NCBI GenBank assembly: GCA_049700835.1
Contig: JBNAUL010000001.1
Coordinates: forward strand, 128,491 to 182,042
Origin: Candidatus Woesearchaeota archaeon
GTDB taxonomy: Archaea; Nanobdellota; Nanobdellia; Woesearchaeales; WAPY01
DNA: 53,552 bases
Direction: 5' to 3'
Positions 1 to 8,404 of this stretch are shown piece by piece (the first letter of the stretch is position 1; each line of letters begins with the position of its first letter). A program made the translations under genes and the position numbers. The notes under the pieces were generated by a model. That model did no database searches, was not told the DNA's origin, and was given only the letters and a program-made list of their open reading frames with translations.

Positions 1-13
1 AGAAAAATACAAT

Positions 14-664
14 TTGGTTTTCAGGATAGAATACTCTTCTTTGAAAGAATTCAATGCATATGCAACTCTGAAATTAAATTTTAACAAAAGGATTGTTGTT
101 TTCAAGTTAAGCAAAAGATGGCAGAACATTAACACGATGATAAAAAAAGGTTTAGTGCAGAGTTTAATGGCAAGATTGCTGTCAAAAAAGCTTGGCTTAA
201 AACCAAAGCAGACAACAAGCATAGAAATTTACAACAATTTTTTGAAGAACATGCATCTGTCTGTTGAAAAGACAAAAACAGAAAGCAGATTAGAGAAATC
301 ATTTGAAAGGGTGAATGCCAAATATTTTAATGGTTTTGCAGAAAAACCAAACTTAAGATTTGGAAGGGAATCGTACAAGGTTTTAGCAAACTACAACCTT
401 CAGAACGACACAATAACCGTAAGCAAGATTTTTATGGAAGCAGACAACGAAATCATTGATTTTTTGATGTACCATGAATTGCTGCACAAGACAATAAAAT
501 TCAAGGGAACATTCAAGAGGTTTTATCACACAAAAAAATTCAATAGAAAAGAGAAGGAATTTGAAAATTATGAAGAAATGAACAAGAAATTAGAAGAATA
601 CATCAGAATAAAGTTTAATGAAAGGAGAAAAAATCGACTGAGCAGATGGAATTTGTTAAAGTGA
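14..664 (+). CDS. SprT/YgjP-like zinc metallopeptidase domain protein (probably 5'-truncated by the window edge)
   Basis: HELLH zinc motif followed by H in 'FYHTKKFNRKE'; frame is open back to the window start. Confidence 0.7.
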   Translation: MVFRIEYSSLKEFNAYATLKLNFNKRIVVFKLSKRWQNINTMIKKGLVQSLMARLLSKKLGLKPKQTTSIEIYNNFLKNMHLSVEKTKTESRLEKSFERVNAKYFNGFAEKPNLRFGRESYKVLANYNLQNDTITVSKIFMEADNEIIDFLMYHELLHKTIKFKGTFKRFYHTKKFNRKEKEFENYEEMNKKLEEYIRIKFNERRKNRLSRWNLLK

Positions 665-764
665 TTTTTTAAATTTGAGTTAATCAATTTTTATAAAAAT
701 AAAAAGATTTAAAAATAGGCTGTTTTTTTCTAATTCATTAATAATAGTCATTTAAGGTGAGCTT

Positions 765-1163
765 ATGGGAGAAACCAAGGTTGCGCAGGCAACATCTTTG
801 AAAGTAGGAAGCTATGTAATACTTGAAGGAGCACCCTGTAAGGTGGTAAACATTCAAATATCAAAACCAGGAAAACACGGGCACGCAAAGGTAAGGATAG
901 TTGGAGTTGGTTTAATAGACGAGAAAAAGAGGGATGTTGTTGTTCCTGGGCACGAAAATTTGGATGTACCAATCGTAGGCAAGAGGTCAGCTCAAATACT
1001 CTCAGTTCAAGGAGACACTGCAACAGTAATGGATTCAGAAACATTTGAGACAATTGAGATGAAAATACCAGAAGAACTAAAAGGGCAGGTTGCTCCAGGA
1101 GTAAACATACTCTATTGGGAGATCTTAGATCAAAAGATAATGAAGCAGATAAAACCGTCATAG
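765..1163 (+). CDS. eif5a: Translation factor aIF-5A
   Basis: Hypusine loop SKPGKHGHAK; GGTGA SD upstream. Confidence 0.97.
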   Translation: MGETKVAQATSLKVGSYVILEGAPCKVVNIQISKPGKHGHAKVRIVGVGLIDEKKRDVVVPGHENLDVPIVGKRSAQILSVQGDTATVMDSETFETIEMKIPEELKGQVAPGVNILYWEILDQKIMKQIKPS

Positions 1164-1173
1164 GTGATTCTTT

Positions 1174-1335
1174 ATGGCAAAATTTCCTGAAGCAGAAGAA
1201 AGACTTTTCAGAAATGTTTTTGTTTGCAGAAAGTGCAAAACAAAGGTAAGAGCACCAACCCTAAAGGTTATAGCAGGTAAGGTAAGGTGCAGGAAGTGCG
1301 GCAGCAAAGCGCTTAGGCCTATAAGAAAAAAATAA
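1174..1335 (+). CDS. rpl40e: 50S ribosomal protein L40e (53 aa, not in ORF track)
   Basis: Manual translation MAKFPEAEERLFRNVFVCRKCKTKVRAPTLKVIAGKVRCRKCGSKALRPIRKK; two CxxC motifs; GGTGA SD at 1163. Confidence 0.93.
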   Translation: MAKFPEAEERLFRNVFVCRKCKTKVRAPTLKVIAGKVRCRKCGSKALRPIRKK

Positions 1336-1350
1336 TTTAGAAAGGGTTTC

Positions 1351-2526
1351 ATGTTAGCGAGCATAATAAGCGTCATAGAGAAAAACATTTACATAATTCT
1401 TTTTTATTTGGCACTTTTAATCATAGTTATAATATTTAGAAAAAGATTCGATGTTGAGTCAAAGTTCATTCTGCTCTACAGGACAAAGTTTGGCTTGAAA
1501 TTGATGCAGCGCCTTAGCAAAAAATATGAAGAACTAATAAAAATAATTGGTTATAGTGGCATTGGAATAGGTTTCTTAGGAATGTTTTTTATGATTGTTG
1601 TTCTAATACAAAACTTAATTTCCATGATAATTAAACCAACAACATCATCATCATTAACTCTTGTGCTTCCAGGAGCAACAATACCTGGAATTGGAAGGCT
1701 AAACTTCACATTTTGGCTTATAACAATCTTTATAGTTGCATTAGTGCACGAAACAGCTCACGGAATAGTTTCCTTGGTTCATAAAGTGAAGGTGAAAAAT
1801 TCAGGGATAGTCCTTTTCGGGCCGATAATCGGGGCTTTTGTTGAGCCAGAAGAAAGGGAAATTTCAAAATCAAAGGATATAGTTCAGTATTCAATATTTG
1901 CAGCAGGTCCTTTTGCAAACATTATTCTTTCAATCATTATAATGTTCATAATTTCTATATTCCTAAACCCGCTATACATGAATATAACAAAAGAAGCAGG
2001 GATATCTTTCACAAGCGTGCAAAAGGGCTTTCCTGCTGAAAAAGCAGGATTAAAAGAAGGAATAATAATAAACAAGATCAACAATCAGACAATAGCAAAC
2101 TATAATGATTTTTTAGAAGCAATGATTAATGTTAAGCCTAATCAAACTCTTGAATTGAGTTCAGAAAACAAAACCTTTGTTCTCGTGACAACAGAGAACC
2201 CTGAAAAAGCAGGAAAGGGTTACATAGGAATAACAGGTGTAAAGGAAGAAAGGGTTCCAAAAGGAAGCAGGTTCCTGTTTTCAATAACAAACTGGTTTTT
2301 AAACCTCTTTAATTTTATAATGGTTATCAGCTCAGGAATAGGTTTGTTCAATCTGTTGCCCTTAGGAATTGTTGATGGGGGAAGATTGCTGAAAACAGCC
2401 CTTGAGTCCATCTACAAGGATAGGAAAAAGGCAGCAGAGATTTGGAAGAGAGTATCATGGTTTGTTCTTTTGTTGCTGATTTTGAATCTGTTGGTTCCTA
2501 TTTTTAGACCAATACTGAAAATCTAA
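1351..2526 (+). CDS. Site-2 protease (M50) with PDZ domain
   Basis: HETAH, AGPFAN and NLLPLGIVDGG motifs; PDZ-like 'PAEKAGLKEG'; several TM helices. Confidence 0.92.
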   Translation: MLASIISVIEKNIYIILFYLALLIIVIIFRKRFDVESKFILLYRTKFGLKLMQRLSKKYEELIKIIGYSGIGIGFLGMFFMIVVLIQNLISMIIKPTTSSSLTLVLPGATIPGIGRLNFTFWLITIFIVALVHETAHGIVSLVHKVKVKNSGIVLFGPIIGAFVEPEEREISKSKDIVQYSIFAAGPFANIILSIIIMFIISIFLNPLYMNITKEAGISFTSVQKGFPAEKAGLKEGIIINKINNQTIANYNDFLEAMINVKPNQTLELSSENKTFVLVTTENPEKAGKGYIGITGVKEERVPKGSRFLFSITNWFLNLFNFIMVISSGIGLFNLLPLGIVDGGRLLKTALESIYKDRKKAAEIWKRVSWFVLLLLILNLLVPIFRPILKI

Positions 2527-2570
2527 TCAATTTATTAAAATTTTTAAATGAGCAAAAGATAGTTTAATCT

Positions 2571-3263
2571 ATGATAACCATAATTTTTGTAGAACCAGAA
2601 AATAGAGAGAACTTAGGGCTGGTTGTAAGGGTAATGAAGAATTTTGGATTTAAAAAACTAATCCTTGTCAATCCAAAATGCAAACCTGATGCCAAAGCAT
2701 TCTTTGTGAGCAAGCACGCAAATGATGTTTTGAGAAATGCGAGAATAACAAAGAGCATTCCATTCAGAAGTTTTGATTATGCTATTGGAACAACAGCAAA
2801 GATAACAACAGATTACAACATAGCAAGAACTCCTTTAACCCCAGAAGCAGCAGCAGAGAAGATTGTAAGAATAAAGAATAAAAGGATTGCAATACTCATA
2901 GGCAGAGAAAGCATAGGACTGAAAAACAGAGAACTTGAGAAGTGTGATTTTACAATAACAATCCCTACATCAGATTACAAAACCTTGAATGTTTCTCATG
3001 CATTGGCAATAATTTTGTATGAAATATTCAAAAAAGATTTTAAGGGATACTCAGAAATAACATTGGCATCAAGAACAGAAAAGGAAATAATAATGAAAAA
3101 GATTAAAAAATTGTTAAACGATTTAGAATTCAAAACAAGTTCAAGAAAGAGAACTCAGCTTTTAGTTTGGAAAAGAGTGCTTGGAAAATCAGAACTTACA
3201 AAGAGAGAGGCCTATGCTATTTTAGGCTTTCTTTCAAAAATAGAAGAAAAAACAAGAAAATAA
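2571..3263 (+). CDS. trmJ: TrmJ/TrmH-family SPOUT tRNA methyltransferase
   Basis: N-terminal VEPENRENLG..RVMKNFG; GRESIGL and TLNVSHA motifs. Confidence 0.88.
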   Translation: MITIIFVEPENRENLGLVVRVMKNFGFKKLILVNPKCKPDAKAFFVSKHANDVLRNARITKSIPFRSFDYAIGTTAKITTDYNIARTPLTPEAAAEKIVRIKNKRIAILIGRESIGLKNRELEKCDFTITIPTSDYKTLNVSHALAIILYEIFKKDFKGYSEITLASRTEKEIIMKKIKKLLNDLEFKTSSRKRTQLLVWKRVLGKSELTKREAYAILGFLSKIEEKTRK

Positions 3264-3307
3264 AAATTAACAAAATCTTAAAAACAAGAACTACTGCATG
3301 AATGATT

Positions 3308-3379
3308 GGGCTCGTGGTTCAACGGTAGAACGCTGCCTTCGCAGGGCAGAGGCTCCGGGTTCGAATCCCGGCGAGTCCA
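3308..3379 (+). tRNA. tRNA-Ala(CGC), CCA not encoded
   Basis: Cloverleaf: acceptor GGGCTCG/CGAGTCC with G3:U70 and A73; anticodon arm CTGCC-TTCGCAG-GGCAG; T arm CCGGG-TTCGAAT-CCCGG. Confidence 0.96.
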
Positions 3380-3443
3380 TAATTGTAAGTATCTTGTAAG
3401 TAATGCAACAACAATTCAGCAGAAAAAGTGTAGCAGAATAGAA

Positions 3444-5042
3444 TTATTTAGAAAATTTCTCAACGCCTTCCATTATGTTCATACAGTGGTCGCTTATTCT
3501 TTCAAGGTTGTTTAAGATGTCTGTGTATATTGTTGAAGCAGCAACATTGCAAATTTTTTTCTTTAACCTTTCTATGTGGTTTAAACCAGCTTCTTTAACC
3601 ATCAAATCAATCTTTTGTTCTCTTTCAATAATCAGCCTTGCTGTTTTTTCATCAAAGTTCTTTAAAAGTTTTAAAGAGCATCTAACATTCTCCTCAACAT
3701 TCTTGTAGATTTCCTTTAACTCCTTAATTGCATTCTTTGAGAACTTAATATTTTCATTATGAGCATAAACTCCAAGTTCTGAGAGATTTGTTGAGTGGTC
3801 TGCAATCCTTTCAACATCGTTGACAATTCCTAAGTAAGAGGAAATCATTCTTGCTTCTTTGTCAGAAACCTCTTTTATTGTAAGTTCTGTAAGGAAATCT
3901 GTTATTTCCTTTTGCAAGTCATCAACAACAACCTCTGCATTATTAACATACTTTTCATTGTTGATTTCATTGTTAAGAATTATTCTCATTGATTTTTCAA
4001 GCATCCTAAGAGAAAGCTCTGCTTCCCTCCGGATTTCTTTTTTGACAAGTTCAAGCCCTATAATAACATTATTAACTAACCTTTTGTTAATGTATTTTGT
4101 TCCTATGCTTACAAACTCTTCTTCGCACGGAACAAGCTTGTTTATAAGGGTATAAAATTGTTTTATGAAAACTATCATTGTGAGGGTTGTTATGACATTA
4201 AACAGGGTGTGTGCAGCAGCTATTTGCTTTCCAGCTCCTCCAGGGATTAAACTGCATATGCCAACAAAATACTTCAAAAAAGAGATGAAAAGCAGAACTC
4301 CAAAAACATTGAACAATAGATGAGAAAGAGCACTCTTCTTTGCACTCTTAGAAGTTCCTAAAGAAGCTAGCATTGCAGTGACTGTTGTTCCAATGTTTGC
4401 TCCTAAAATTATTGGAACAGCATAATTCAAACTTAAAACACCTTCCATTCCAAGGACAACAACAATGCTCGTTGTAACCTGCTTGACTGTATTATTGCAG
4501 TGAAAACAAGACCAACAAGAATTCCAAGCAGAGGGCTCTTCAAATTCTTTGCAATCTCTATGAAGTAAGGACTGTTCTTTAAAGGAACAAGCCCTATTTC
4601 CATCAATTTTAATCCAAAGAAAAGCAGTCCAAAATAAAAAATTATTTCTCCAATGCCTTTCTTCTTTGCTTTGCTAAAGAACCATAATAAAAATCCGAAA
4701 ATCATAAAGTAAATTCCATATGCAATGAGTTTAAAAGCAACAAACTGTGCTGTTATTGTTGTTCCAATATTAGCACCAAAAATTATTCCAAGAGAATCAT
4801 AGAAGCTTATTATTCCTGCATTAATAAGTCCAACAACCAAAACAGTTACAGCACTGCTGCTTTGAACAACAGAAGTTATGAATGTTCCTATAAAAACACC
4901 TTTCCAAGGATTGTTAAGGGCTTTTTCAAAAAATCTTTCTAAAATTAGAACTGAATGATTTTTGAACTGCGTTGCTGAGCATTATTAGCCCGTGTATAAA
5001 CAATACAAAACCGCTGATACAATAAAAAAATGTTGATTCCAT
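3444..5042 (-). pseudogene. Na/Pi cotransporter with PhoU domains, split by two frameshifts
   Basis: Two QSSS...GANIGTT repeats and ERIADH/ERISDH PhoU motifs; ATG at 5042; extra base in the A6 run at 4928-4933 and a frameshift near 4480. Confidence 0.85.
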
Positions 5043-5043
5043 T

Positions 5044-5391
5044 TTATTTTTTATTGCTTCTTATTGTTTTTTCTATTGATGCTTTTATTTTTTTGAATTT
5101 AAGGATTGTTTTTTTGTCAGGATTAGGCCTTGAGTTTTTTGACAGCTTATAATAAATTCTTTCTGCATCTGAACCCCAACTGAAATTGCCTTTAATCTTG
5201 CTTATCCTGCTTATGTCCAAATCTCCTGTTGAAACGCCCTTTCTTAGATGATAGTATATTAATCTTTGGCTTACCTTTGGAAACAGAAGATTGTAAAACT
5301 TATAAATCTCATAACCATGGGCTTCTTTTAAAAGAAATAGAAGGTCAACGATGTTATCTCTAACATCTGATTTCAAAGGCCTTCCCCTCAT
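5044..5391 (-). CDS. Winged-helix (PadR-like) conserved archaeal protein
   Basis: MRGRPLKSDVRDNI..HGYEIYK..RLIYYHL..RIYYKL; start moved to the ATG at 5391 to avoid overlapping pcm. Confidence 0.7.
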   Translation of the reverse strand: MRGRPLKSDVRDNIVDLLFLLKEAHGYEIYKFYNLLFPKVSQRLIYYHLRKGVSTGDLDISRISKIKGNFSWGSDAERIYYKLSKNSRPNPDKKTILKFKKIKASIEKTIRSNKK

Positions 5392-5473
5392 AATATTAAT
5401 CTTTTCATTGCTGATTATAAAATTTTTGTTTTTTTGAGCAAATTTTTTAATGAACAAAAAATTCATTTTTAGC

Positions 5474-6121
5474 ATGGAAAGTATTAAAGACAAAGAATTT
5501 TCAATGCAGAAGAAGAAACTCTTAGAATCTTGGATAACAGAAGGAATCATTGATAAAGATGACAAGTTATTGATAAATGCATTTTTAAAAGTTAAGAGAG
5601 AAGATTTTGTCATTAAAGAATATAGAGATTTCTCATATGCTGATACAGCGCTGCCGTTTATAAAAGAAGCGACAATTTCACAACCTACAGTTATAATGAT
5701 GATGCTGAAAAACCTGAATTTGACAAAAGGCAGCAAAGTTCTTGAAATAGGAACGGGATCGGGTTATCAAACAGCTATGATAGCTCTGATTGCTGAGAAG
5801 GTCATAAGCATTGAGATTGACAAGGATGTTTTTGAAACAGCAAAGAAAAATCTCGCAAAATTTAAAGCAAGAAACATAAAATTGGTTCTTGGAGACGGAA
5901 AAAATGGATTCAAAGAAGAAGCGCCTTTTGACAGGATAATAATCAATGCTGCGTGTGAAGAAATCCCAAAAAATCTTTTGAAGCAATTAAAGAACAATGG
6001 AGTTTTAGTAGCTCCTGTTGGAAAACCTTATCAATCCCTAATAGTTGCTAAAAAGAATAACAGCAAAATTTCATTTGAAGAGAAATTTTCACATGGGTTG
6101 ATTTTCAGCGATTTGAGATAA
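5474..6121 (+). CDS. pcm: Protein-L-isoaspartate O-methyltransferase
   Basis: TISQP, VLEIGTGSGYQTA and APFDRII motifs; start uncertain (5450/5474/5504). Confidence 0.93.
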   Translation: MESIKDKEFSMQKKKLLESWITEGIIDKDDKLLINAFLKVKREDFVIKEYRDFSYADTALPFIKEATISQPTVIMMMLKNLNLTKGSKVLEIGTGSGYQTAMIALIAEKVISIEIDKDVFETAKKNLAKFKARNIKLVLGDGKNGFKEEAPFDRIIINAACEEIPKNLLKQLKNNGVLVAPVGKPYQSLIVAKKNNSKISFEEKFSHGLIFSDLR

Positions 6122-6166
6122 ATTTAACAAAAATTAAAAAGGGAGAGGTTTTAAACGGTCAAGGAA

Positions 6167-7375
6167 ATGTTCAAGGCATGGAATCACAGGAAAGACATTG
6201 CAAGAATAAAATTTCTTATAAAGAGCAACAGAAGTAACCTAATAAGTAAAAGGTTCAAGAAACTAAAAGAAGATGAACTTAAAGAACTTGTGAGCATTGC
6301 AAAAGCGCAGATGAAGGCAGAGAATATTTTTTCCAAAGGATTCAAGATGCTAATGAACGAGGAAGATTTAAGGTTTACAACACAAGAATTCATAGCAGAT
6401 TATAGAGCAAGAAGGATAAGTTCTGTTATTGGAAAGGAAAAGATTGCTGATCTCTGCTGCGGAATTGGTTCGCAGACAATGAGTTTTGCAAAATACTTTA
6501 AGCATGTTCTGGCAGTTGACATTGATGAAAGAAAGATAAACTATGCATTCAAAAATGCCCAACACTTAGACTTAAGGAATGTAAGTTTTTTAAGAGGCGA
6601 TATCTTCAGCCAAGAAACAATAAAAAAGATTGAGGAGTTTAAGCCAAGAGCAATCTTTTGCGACCCGCAAAGAAAAGAGCAAGGATTAAGAGAAGAGGAA
6701 AAAATTCTCATAAAAAAAATTGTAGAAACATACTCAAAAATCACTCCAAACATAGCCATAGAAGCGCCCCCTTTCATTAATTTAAGAGCATTAAGAAAAG
6801 AGATAGGGCTTGATTTTGAAGCAGAGTTTTTGAGCCAGGACAAAAAACTCAAGAGATTAACATTGTATTTTTCAGGACTTAAAAGAGCAGATTGCAGCAT
6901 AGTAGATTTTCCAGAGGAAAAAATTCTTTATCTCAATTCTGAGAAAGACGATTCTGTTATTGAAGAAACAAACAAGCTCGAAGAGTATCTGCTGGAGCCA
7001 AACACTGCTTTGAGAAGGGCTTCGATGATACACAAAGCTCTTGAAATCTCAGGAACAAAAGCAAAGATAATTGATTCTGGAAGAAATCTAATTCTCACAT
7101 CAAAAGATAAAATCTCTGATGAAAATGCAAAGCACTTTTTTAATCAGTATAAAATAATCTATTTTAAGGAAAGCGAAAAAGAATGTGATGAAGCAATACT
7201 TCAAAAACTAATCGAACTGAATGCAAAGTATGTTGTTCTGAAGCAGGGATTTAAGCCAGAAAATTATTGGGAGACAAGAAACTACTATGAAAAGAAACTC
7301 AGCGGAGAAAGCAATAAAATTTTATATCTTTTCTATTTGAGGGAAAAAATGATCATAGGAGAATTAGAGCTCTAA
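6167..7375 (+). CDS. Class I SAM methyltransferase (Tgs1/RsmD-like) with probable C-terminal THUMP-like domain
   Basis: LRFTT..IADYRARR, DLCCGIG, AVDID and FCDPQR motifs. Confidence 0.75.
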   Translation: MFKAWNHRKDIARIKFLIKSNRSNLISKRFKKLKEDELKELVSIAKAQMKAENIFSKGFKMLMNEEDLRFTTQEFIADYRARRISSVIGKEKIADLCCGIGSQTMSFAKYFKHVLAVDIDERKINYAFKNAQHLDLRNVSFLRGDIFSQETIKKIEEFKPRAIFCDPQRKEQGLREEEKILIKKIVETYSKITPNIAIEAPPFINLRALRKEIGLDFEAEFLSQDKKLKRLTLYFSGLKRADCSIVDFPEEKILYLNSEKDDSVIEETNKLEEYLLEPNTALRRASMIHKALEISGTKAKIIDSGRNLILTSKDKISDENAKHFFNQYKIIYFKESEKECDEAILQKLIELNAKYVVLKQGFKPENYWETRNYYEKKLSGESNKILYLFYLREKMIIGELEL

Positions 7376-7416
7376 CCCTTCATTGTTTTGCATTAGTTTT
7401 ATGCTCTTTATGCTTC

Positions 7417-8220
7417 TTAATTCTGCATGTAAAATTCGTTGAACGCTTCAGAACTCTTTTTGTTCTCAAACACAATTCTTTTTAAAGCAAGAGTTATTCT
7501 TTCAGGATTTTCATTCTGCCAGATATTCCTGCCTATAGTCAGCCCTGATGCTCCTGCTTCTAAGACCTCTTGAGCAATCCTTAGAACATCTTCATCATTT
7601 GTTTTAAAACCACCTGCCACAACAACCTTTGCCTTTGAAGCGCACTTCACAACCCATTTAAAGCCCTCAAAATCGTTGTTGTATTTAAGCTTAACAGCAT
7701 CAGCCCCTAATTCAAAGGCAACTCTTGCAGCATAAGCAATGACATCTGTGTTATTGTCATCAAGCCCTGATTTGTTTCTTGGATAACTCCAAACAAACAC
7801 AGGTAAACAATGATTGTGGGATTCTTCAATGATGTTTGAAAGTTCGTTGAACATTATGCTCTCATGTTCGCTTCCAGGATATATTGTGTAGCCAAGCGCT
7901 ATTGGATCTAATTTTAAAGCACGCTTGACGCTGCAGTTCTGTCTTGACACTATTTCGCTGCCCAAACAGGTTTTTCCATTGACCTTTATTATCAACGGAA
8001 CCCTGTAAGAACTTGAAAATTTTTCAGCAACCCCTACTTGCGTTACAAGAGCATTGTACTTTAATTTTTCGGCAAGTTCAAAAACAAATTCAGGAGCAAA
8101 ATTTTTGAGATTAAAATCCTTTGGCCCGTGCTCTAATCCATGATCGTAAGCAAGTATTAGTGTTCTGTTGTTCTTAAAAATCTTTTTCATTTTCCTGTCA
8201 ATTTTGTTCTTAAAAAACAA
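7417..8220 (-). CDS. fba: Class I (DhnA-type) fructose-bisphosphate aldolase
   Basis: LAYDHGLEHGP, WSYPR, ELGADAVK and GRNIWQ motifs; TTG start after a GGTGAT SD (alternative ATG at 8190). Confidence 0.9.
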   Translation of the reverse strand: MFFKNKIDRKMKKIFKNNRTLILAYDHGLEHGPKDFNLKNFAPEFVFELAEKLKYNALVTQVGVAEKFSSSYRVPLIIKVNGKTCLGSEIVSRQNCSVKRALKLDPIALGYTIYPGSEHESIMFNELSNIIEESHNHCLPVFVWSYPRNKSGLDDNNTDVIAYAARVAFELGADAVKLKYNNDFEGFKWVVKCASKAKVVVAGGFKTNDEDVLRIAQEVLEAGASGLTIGRNIWQNENPERITLALKRIVFENKKSSEAFNEFYMQN

Positions 8221-8230
8221 GATGATCACC

Positions 8231-8404
8231 CTAAAACAACAAAAATATAAGTACAAACAAAATAACCAAAAACAAAAGAGCGAACAATCGGTCATTCATT
8301 TGGTACTTCAAATTAAATTTTCCTTTCTTATTTTCATCATAAAAATCATTGCTCGTTCTTTTCCTTTTTAGGTTTTCAACAATTCTCCTGTCATAATTGT
8401 TCAA
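8231..8404 (-). CDS. Small 57-aa protein with C-terminal TM helix (not in ORF track)
   Basis: TTG start overlapping the ppsA stop with GGTG SD; MNNYDRRIVENLKRKRTSNDFYDENKKGKFNLKYQMNDRLFALLFLVILFVLIFLLF. Confidence 0.55.
   Translation of the reverse strand: MNNYDRRIVENLKRKRTSNDFYDENKKGKFNLKYQMNDRLFALLFLVILFVLIFLLF

Noticed and set aside
3306..3515. 69-aa ORF
   Set aside because: Overlaps tRNA-Ala; spurious
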